31,915 nucleotides of DNA from Oscillospiraceae bacterium (GTDB taxonomy: Bacteria > Bacillota > Clostridia > Oscillospirales > Oscillospiraceae), in assembly GCA_016290695.1 (NCBI GenBank), contig JAEEUX010000001.1, positions 1-31,915 of the forward strand, written 5' to 3'. Positions 17,474 to 24,767 of this stretch are shown piece by piece; the stretch's first letter is position 1, and the number at the start of each line of letters is the position of its first letter. A model generated the notes under the pieces. It had not been told where the DNA came from. It searched no databases and saw nothing but the letters and a program-made list of their open reading frames with translations. Both the position numbers and the translations under genes were made by a program.

Positions 17474-18499
17474 TTACAAAGCACCTCTTTCGGAAGAAAT
17501 AGCCACCGCGTGGCATATCCCGGGAATGCTTTCCTTTTGCGCGGAGCTTGTCGTGGACAAAAGAGCGCCTGTTGCGGCGAAAAGCACGTTTTTCCATCGC
17601 CCGGATCTCATTTCGCGCAGAATATATGCGCACAAAACGCTTGCGCTGCATCCGCAGCCGGAGCCGCCTGCGTGAACGTCCTGCTTTTCGCTTGAAAAGA
17701 GCAGCATTCCGCAGTCGATGCTTCGCGCGCTTATGTCCAGGCCGTCATCGCCGAAAAGGTCGATAAGCGCCCTGTGTCCTATTTTTCCGAGGTCACCTGT
17801 CACGATGAGGTCGTAATAGTCCGGATCTGTTGAAAAATCCTCAAAATGTGCCGAAAGAGTCTCATAAGCCGCCGGAGCCATTGCCGCTCCCATGTTGTTA
17901 ACGTCAGTAACGCCTGCGTCGCGGATGATACCCGTCGTAACACGCGGGATAAACGGACCCTCGCCGCCTTCGGAAAGAATGACACAGCCCGCAGCAGTCG
18001 CCGTCCACTGCGAGGACGGAGTGCGCTGACCGCCGTATTCAAGCGGGAAACGAAACTGCCGCTCTGCGGTGCAGAAATGCGACGAACAGACAGCTGCCGT
18101 TTTTGAGGCGTAACCGCCGTCGACAGCCATGGCGGCGAGCGTAAGCGACTCCGCCATAGTCGAGCAGGCACCGTATACCCCGAAGTAGGGGACGCGGCAC
18201 TCTCGAAACGCGAGAGCCGAGGCTATACACTGATTCAGAAGGTCGCCAGCGAAAACGTAATCTATTTTTGCCGCCTCCGTTTTCGCGGAAGCGCAGGCAA
18301 GCTCGAAAACCTTCTTCTGCATAAAGGTTTCGGCCTTTTCCCAGGTGTTTTCTCCGAAATACGAATCATCTGATACATAATCGAAGCAGCCGCGCAGCGG
18401 ACCTTCGTTCTCCTTTTTTCCCGCGACGCTCGCAAACCCGGCTATGACTGGCGGATTTGAAAACTGCACACTCTGAGCTCCGGCTTTTTTGACAGACAT
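17474..18499 (-). CDS. spoVAD: Stage V sporulation protein AD
   Basis: GKKENEGPL, AGDLLNQC, GVYGACST, HFCTAERQFRFPLEYGGQR, TGDLG, AGGSGCGCS; ATG 18499 chosen for its GGAG RBS (alternative starts 18505 and 18508). Confidence 0.95.
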   Translation of the reverse strand: MSVKKAGAQSVQFSNPPVIAGFASVAGKKENEGPLRGCFDYVSDDSYFGENTWEKAETFMQKKVFELACASAKTEAAKIDYVFAGDLLNQCIASALAFRECRVPYFGVYGACSTMAESLTLAAMAVDGGYASKTAAVCSSHFCTAERQFRFPLEYGGQRTPSSQWTATAAGCVILSEGGEGPFIPRVTTGIIRDAGVTDVNNMGAAMAPAAYETLSAHFEDFSTDPDYYDLIVTGDLGKIGHRALIDLFGDDGLDISARSIDCGMLLFSSEKQDVHAGGSGCGCSASVLCAYILREMRSGRWKNVLFAATGALLSTTSSAQKESIPGICHAVAISSERGAL

Positions 18500-18512
18500 G
18501 GGCATCACTCCG

Positions 18513-18549
18513 AATAAAATAGGGTCACCGCGAATGCGGCGACCCTATT
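18513..18549 (-). terminator. Intrinsic terminator after the DUF6062 gene
   Basis: Minus strand AATAGGGTCGCCGC / ATTC / GCGGTGACCCTATT then TTATT; the G-U wobble works only on the minus strand. Confidence 0.8.
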
Positions 18550-18581
18550 ATGTGCAGTTTCCGTGAAAATATTATCCAAGG

Positions 18582-19274
18582 CTATTTAAGAAACGCCATC
18601 GCGTCGTCAATAGAACTGCGGGCGCGCTCGGAAAGTGCAGCATCTGCGTTTCGATGGTCAAAGCTGAGGACGAATTCGTCGATTCCCGCGCGGATTTCGT
18701 CGAGACGAGCGCGTTCAAGCTCACAGAGCGCATCATAGAGCGAAGAGTATTTTTCAGCGTTCAGCTCGCGCTTGCCAGCACGAAGAATGCCGGCAGAATG
18801 TGTCACGCAAAAATAAGGCTGTTTCTTGAGCTTTGTGCGGAACGCTTCATCCGAGTCCCAAAGATAAGCGATGTTTGAATAATAACGCCGTTCTGTGTCT
18901 TTCACCTTAGAGCAGACGAAGCAGCTATCGGAAAGCTCACGCAGTTTTTCGCCGCCGTCCGCCTCTGCCGAAGAAGAAAAGAGCTTCTTTTTTTTCGCCG
19001 CCGGGATGGAATACAGTTCTTCCACGCTCATAAGATGACTCTGGATAACAAGGGCAAGCGGGAGCTTGTTTTTCATCCGGCGGAGCGCGGCTGAATGCTC
19101 GTGGCAAAAGCCCGCTTCATTCATCTTTATGCGGACATCCGGCTCCATCATGGCTGGGCCGAGAACGTATGAAAGCGTTGTTTCCTCAAGCGCGGCGAGC
19201 AGACGGCAGAGCGGACAGCCCTCGTAATGGTCGAAAGCTTCGTTTATCGGAATTGTAAAGATTTTTTCTGGCAA
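18582..19274 (-). CDS. DUF6062-family protein (230 aa)
   Basis: N-terminus (M)PEKIFTIPINEAFD...CPLC, MMEPDVR, GFCHEH, CFVC, FCVTH; TTG start at 19274 after GAGGACGGTG. Confidence 0.8.
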   Translation of the reverse strand: MPEKIFTIPINEAFDHYEGCPLCRLLAALEETTLSYVLGPAMMEPDVRIKMNEAGFCHEHSAALRRMKNKLPLALVIQSHLMSVEELYSIPAAKKKKLFSSSAEADGGEKLRELSDSCFVCSKVKDTERRYYSNIAYLWDSDEAFRTKLKKQPYFCVTHSAGILRAGKRELNAEKYSSLYDALCELERARLDEIRAGIDEFVLSFDHRNADAALSERARSSIDDAMAFLK

Positions 19275-19293
19275 ATGAAACACCGTCCTCAAT

Positions 19294-19562
19294 CTGAAGA
19301 AACCTATACGAACCCGGTTTTGACAGGCTGTTTTTCGCCAGTGCTGCATCAGACTCCTTGACTATACAACAAGTATTTTCTTCGGAGTCTTTCTTGCTAT
19401 GGCAAAAAACAGTTCTGTAAAAACTGCAAGGAACCTCACAGCTGGATGTTTTGCGGGGCTTTTGCCCCAACGAGGGAAGACGGGCTTTTGCACATCGAAC
19501 GAGGAGAGGCAAAAGACGCCGGAAAGAACAGCTGTGAGGCGGGTTCGTATAGGAGCCTTCAG
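19294..19562. repeat. Intergenic element with 23-bp imperfect terminal inverted repeats and nested internal stems
   Basis: CTGAAGAAACCTATACGAACCCG (19294-19316) against CGGGTTCGTATAGGAGCCTTCAG (19540-19562): 20/23 match with a perfect 14-bp core. Internal IRs: CCTCACAGCTG/CAGCTGTGAGG and AGACTCC/GGAGTCT. Confidence 0.8.
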
Positions 19563-19591
19563 CTTAATGTCTAACACTATCGAGTGTTTGC

Positions 19592-19620
19592 TTGAAATTG
19601 TGCATAACTGTTGTTATAAT
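19592..19620 (+). promoter_or_regulatory. Sigma-A promoter of the Ogg gene
   Basis: TTGAAA(19592-19597)-N17-TATAAT(19615-19620) with extended -10 TG. Confidence 0.75.
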
Positions 19621-19631
19621 TGTTATAGCTT

Positions 19632-19660
19632 ATTATAATCGGAGGCGAGGCTTTCTGCAA
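19632..19660 (-). promoter_or_regulatory. Sigma-A promoter pointing toward the structured element and DUF6062
   Basis: Minus strand TTGCAG-N17-TATAAT. Confidence 0.6.
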
Positions 19661-20488
19661 TACCTTGAAAAAAACTGTGAGACGGAATTTGCACGGCCTG
19701 AGGATTTTGATCTCGAAAAAATCTTTGAATGCGGACAATGCTTCCGCTGGAACGCGCAGGAGGACGGCTCGTATGTCGGCGTCGCGATGGGGAAAGTCCT
19801 TCGTATACGCGCTGAGAGAGCGCGCATTTGCATTTCCGCCTCAGACGAGGAATTTAAAAAGCTTTGGTACGATTATTTTGACCTGTCGCGCGATTATGCT
19901 AAAGCAAGAAGAGCCGTTTCTCTCGATGCATATACAAGCGCCGCAGCGGAATACGGGAAGGGCATACGCATCCTCAGACAGGATAGCTGGGAAGCACTTT
20001 GCTCGTTTGTTATTTCCGAGTGCAACAATATTTCCCGTATAAAGAAGATTATCGAAAGCCTGTGCGCTCTTTTCGGCGAGCAAATCGAGTTCGAAGGTGG
20101 GGAATACTACTCTTTTCCATCTGCGGAAAAGCTCGCTTCGCTCGAAGCGGAGGCACTCGCGCCGATCCGCTGCGGTTACCGTGCTCCTTACATAATCGAA
20201 GCTGCCCGCGCCGTTAGCTCAGGCACACTCTCACTTTCAGCGCTTGCGGCGATGAAATGCCCGGATGCCGTGCGTGAGCTGAAAAAGATTAACGGAATTG
20301 GTGATAAGGTCGCTAACTGCGTGGTTTTGTTCGGGCTGAACATATCGGATGCCTTTCCTCTCGACGTATGGATGAAAAAGGCGCTGAAAGCGCATTATCC
20401 CCCGGATTTTGACCCTTCGTGCTTCGGAGAAAATGCAGGTCTTGCCCAGCAGTATATTTTCTATTACGCGCGTTCCGGCAACGTTTAG
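19655..20488 (+). CDS. ogg: 8-oxoguanine DNA glycosylase/AP lyase (Ogg, HhH-GPD superfamily)
   Basis: FDLEKIFECGQCFRW, LRQDSWE, HhH motif KINGIGDKVANC (catalytic Lys), FPLDVW (catalytic Asp); the start is inferred at CTG 19655. Confidence 0.88.
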   Translation: MQYLEKNCETEFARPEDFDLEKIFECGQCFRWNAQEDGSYVGVAMGKVLRIRAERARICISASDEEFKKLWYDYFDLSRDYAKARRAVSLDAYTSAAAEYGKGIRILRQDSWEALCSFVISECNNISRIKKIIESLCALFGEQIEFEGGEYYSFPSAEKLASLEAEALAPIRCGYRAPYIIEAARAVSSGTLSLSALAAMKCPDAVRELKKINGIGDKVANCVVLFGLNISDAFPLDVWMKKALKAHYPPDFDPSCFGENAGLAQQYIFYYARSGNV

Positions 20489-20597
20489 AACGCGCTCTCG
20501 TGTCACATGAGCCTTACATTGTTGTGAAAAGGTCGTTTTCAATAATCCGGTAAAATAAATCAGGCAAAATATTGGCGCATAGGAAGCGCCTGAAAGG

Positions 20598-20626
20598 TTG
20601 ACAAAAAAGACATGGCATAGTATATT
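20598..20626 (+). promoter_or_regulatory. Sigma-A promoter of the guaB operon
   Basis: TTGACA(20598-20603)-N17-TATATT(20621-20626). Confidence 0.75.
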
Positions 20627-20655
20627 AATCTAATATAACATACTATATTTTGTAG

Positions 20656-22167
<1,512 letters not shown>

Positions 22168-22189
22168 TTTGCTGAAAGGGTGAAGGGTT

Positions 22190-22906
22190 ATGAGCGGCAA
22201 CATTGAACAGCTTAAAAAATGGGTCGAAGACTCGGATAATATAGTTTTCTTTGGCGGCGCAGGCGTGAGCACGGAGTCCGGCATCCCGGATTTCCGCAGC
22301 GTTGACGGCCTTTATAACCAGCAGTATGATTATCCGCCGGAAACGATCATCAGCCATAGCTTTTTCATGAAAAACCCCAAGGAGTTTTACCGCTTTTACA
22401 GGGATAAAATGATATACCGCGAAGCGCAGCCCAACGCCTGCCATAAAAAGCTCGCCGAGCTTGAAGCGCGCGGGAAGCTGAAGGCCGTCATTACCCAGAA
22501 TATTGACGGGCTCCATCAGCTTGCCGGAAGCAAGGAAGTTCTTGAGCTTCACGGCACGGTCTTGAAAAACCGCTGCATGGAGTGCGGGAAGAAATATTCG
22601 CTCGACGATATTATGAACGGCGAGGACGTTCCGCGCTGTTCCTGCGGCGGCATAATTAAGCCCGAAGTCGTCCTCTACGAGGAGGGGCTCGACGACGATG
22701 TTATCAGCCGCGCGGTGAGCTATATCAGAAACGCGGACATGCTCATAATCGGCGGAACCTCGCTTTCGGTTTACCCGGCGGCGGGCCTTATCAATTATTA
22801 CAGAGGGCATAAGCTTGTCCTCGTGAACAAAAGCGCCACGCCCTATGACAGCGAGGCGGACTTGCTTATTGCTGAAAAAATCGGAGAAGTGTTCGCTTCT
22901 CTTTAA
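22190..22906 (+). CDS. cobB: Sir2-family NAD-dependent protein deacylase
   Basis: GAGVSTESGIPDFR, TQNIDGLHQ, ELHG, Zn CxxC...CxC, GGTSLSVYPA. Confidence 0.93.
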   Translation: MSGNIEQLKKWVEDSDNIVFFGGAGVSTESGIPDFRSVDGLYNQQYDYPPETIISHSFFMKNPKEFYRFYRDKMIYREAQPNACHKKLAELEARGKLKAVITQNIDGLHQLAGSKEVLELHGTVLKNRCMECGKKYSLDDIMNGEDVPRCSCGGIIKPEVVLYEEGLDDDVISRAVSYIRNADMLIIGGTSLSVYPAAGLINYYRGHKLVLVNKSATPYDSEADLLIAEKIGEVFASL

Positions 22907-22921
22907 CAGGCGGTGATTTGA

Positions 22922-23650
22922 TTGCGAACCGAAATACTGGGAGTGGGCTTTGACAGCCTCACAAAAGCGGAGGCTGCCGACAAAGCTTTTTCTCTTATGG
23001 AGGAACGCAGAGCCGCCTATGTCGTTACGCCGAACCCGGAGATAGTGATGCTCTGCAATAAGGACGCCGGGATGATGGAGGCGACGCGGAAGGCCGACCT
23101 CGTCATACCGGATGGCATCGGCGTAATATACGGCGCAAAAATCCTTTCCCGCCCGCTCAAGGAGCGCGTTCCGGGCATAGAGCTCGCTACGGAGCTTATA
23201 TCCCGCCTCCCGGATAAAAACAAATCCGTTTTCCTTTTCGGCGCGAAGCCGGGAATAGCGGATATGGCGGCTCAGGAGCTTCAGAAGAAGTACCCGGGCC
23301 TCAAGGTCTGCGGGACGGAGAACGGTTATTTCACGGACGACGCTCCTATAATAGAAAAAATAAACGCCGCCGCGCCGGACCTTTTGCTCGTATGCCTTGG
23401 CGCGCCGAAGCAGGAAAAATGGATGCTCGCGAACACGGGCAAGCTGAACGCAGGACTCATGATGGGTCTCGGCGGCTCGCTCGACGTTTTTGCGGGCGTT
23501 GTTCAGCGCTCGCCCGATTCATGGAACCGGCTCGGGCTTGAGTGGCTTTACCGGCTCATAAAGCAGCCCTCGCGTATAAAAAGGATGATAAAGCTTCCGC
23601 TTTTCCTTTTTGCCGCAGTGGGTGAGCGTATCAGAGGTAAAAAACAATGA
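22922..23650 (+). CDS. WecB/TagA/CpsF-family glycosyltransferase
   Basis: VVTPNPE, PDGIG, ERVPGIEL, GAPKQE, GLGGSLD, LGLEWLYRL..QPSR; TTG start. Confidence 0.9.
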   Translation: MRTEILGVGFDSLTKAEAADKAFSLMEERRAAYVVTPNPEIVMLCNKDAGMMEATRKADLVIPDGIGVIYGAKILSRPLKERVPGIELATELISRLPDKNKSVFLFGAKPGIADMAAQELQKKYPGLKVCGTENGYFTDDAPIIEKINAAAPDLLLVCLGAPKQEKWMLANTGKLNAGLMMGLGGSLDVFAGVVQRSPDSWNRLGLEWLYRLIKQPSRIKRMIKLPLFLFAAVGERIRGKKQ

Positions 23651-24321
23651 AAAATGGTAAGCTTATCGTTTTTGAAGGGATAGACGGCTCGGGCAAGTCC
23701 ACGCAGTATTCGCTTTTGTGCCAGTCGCTTCACGCAAAGAGCGTGGAGTTTAAAAACCTCGTCTTCCCACAGTATTCGGAGGAATCATCCGCGCTCATAA
23801 AGATGTATCTTCGCGGCGAGTTTGGCGATAAGCCCGGCGAAGTAAACGCCTATGCCGCGTCAAGCTTTTTTGCTGTGGACAGATATGCCTCGTTTAAGAA
23901 GACCTGGGGCGATTATTATTCTGCGGGCGGCCTTATCGTTACCGACAGGTACACTACATCAAACGCCGTGCATCAGGCTTCCAAGCTCAGAAAAGGCGAG
24001 CGCGGGGAGTTTTTCTCCTGGCTCTATGATTTTGAGTATAATAAGCTTGGTATGCCTGCACCGGACAAGGTTATATATATGGACGTTTCGCTTGAAATCT
24101 CATGCGAGCAGCTTAGAAAGAGAGAACTCGACACCGGGACGAACGCGGACATCCATGAGAAAGACAGGGAATACCTTGCAAGCTGCCTCGACGCGGCGCG
24201 CGACGCCTGCAAGTATTATGGCTGGGATAGGCTGAACTGTCTCGACGGAGACGGGAAAATGAGGTCGCTTGAGGATATTCACGCGGAAGTATTAAGCAAA
24301 TTGGAAGATGTTTTTGTTTGA
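23647..24321 (+). CDS. tmk: Thymidylate kinase
   Basis: P-loop EGIDGSGKST, FPQY, DRY motifs; ATGA overlap with the glycosyltransferase gene. Confidence 0.9.
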   Translation: MKNGKLIVFEGIDGSGKSTQYSLLCQSLHAKSVEFKNLVFPQYSEESSALIKMYLRGEFGDKPGEVNAYAASSFFAVDRYASFKKTWGDYYSAGGLIVTDRYTTSNAVHQASKLRKGERGEFFSWLYDFEYNKLGMPAPDKVIYMDVSLEISCEQLRKRELDTGTNADIHEKDREYLASCLDAARDACKYYGWDRLNCLDGDGKMRSLEDIHAEVLSKLEDVFV

Positions 24322-24345
24322 AACTGAAGTTGAATGTGATATACT
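24318..24345 (+). promoter_or_regulatory. Sigma-A promoter overlapping the tmk stop codon
   Basis: TTGAAA(24318-24323)-N16-TATACT(24340-24345) with extended -10 TG; same geometry as the tyrS promoter. Confidence 0.65.
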
Positions 24346-24394
24346 TTTTATTCGGCGATGACTTTGAGACTGCCTGCAAGCCCTGACAGAACCG

Positions 24395-24420
24395 CGGAGG
24401 CTCTCCGCAGAGAGCCTCCG
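24395..24420. other. Strong GC-rich hairpin without a canonical U-tract
   Basis: CGGAGGCTCTC / CGCA / GAGAGCCTCCG, a perfect 11-bp stem 15 nt downstream of the small minus-strand ORF. Confidence 0.7.
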
Positions 24421-24435
24421 TCTGAAAAAACGTTG

Positions 24436-24576
24436 TCAGCAGTTCCCGCAGTTATTTCCGCAGCCGCAGCCTCCGCAGCCGTTACCGCAGCCGCCGAAGT
24501 TGCCGGAATAGCAGATGATGAGAATAATGAGGATTATCCAAATCCAGGAATTATTACAAGAGTTTCCGCAAAACAT
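24436..24576 (-). CDS. 46-aa Cys/Gly-rich single-TM small protein, probably sporulation-associated (absent from the ORF track)
   Basis: Translated by hand: MFCGNSCNNSWIWIILIILIICYSGNFGGCGNGCGGCGCGNNCGNC; AGAAAGGA RBS 7 nt before ATG; ends in TGA. Confidence 0.85.
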   Translation of the reverse strand: MFCGNSCNNSWIWIILIILIICYSGNFGGCGNGCGGCGCGNNCGNC

Positions 24577-24767
24577 AGTGGAATCCTTTCTCCGCACGCA
24601 CAACTCCGGCTCCGCCCGTGCGGGTGGCTAAATTTTTTAAAACGCCTGATTTTCAGCGTTTTTCTCAGGAGCCTGTGAAACGGATGAAATTTTCTTCATC
24701 CTTCGGCTTATTCTATGTGCCGATTCTTTCCGAAGTTACAGTTACCGGAAAAAGAGGTGTTAATTTA

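Noticed and set aside
19294-19562. 6S RNA identity for the structured element (GCGGGTTC near the 3' end)
   Set aside because: The GGGAGCC/GGCACCC internal stem and symmetric central bubble are not evident; too long and too branched. Cannot be excluded without cmsearch.
19362-19638. Short ORFs (71 aa minus, 79 aa plus) across the element
   Set aside because: No RBS, no motifs, and they overlap promoters and inverted repeats.
24612-24663. Possible Ala T-box (GGGTGG followed by a hairpin) upstream of mltG-alaS
   Set aside because: GGGTGG is followed by CTAAA rather than (T/A)ACC; no AGAGA box or specifier loop found.
24358-24678. 106-aa Ala-rich plus-strand ORF
   Set aside because: In-frame antisense mirror of the Cys/Gly microprotein (TGC/GGC read as GCA/GCC); no RBS.
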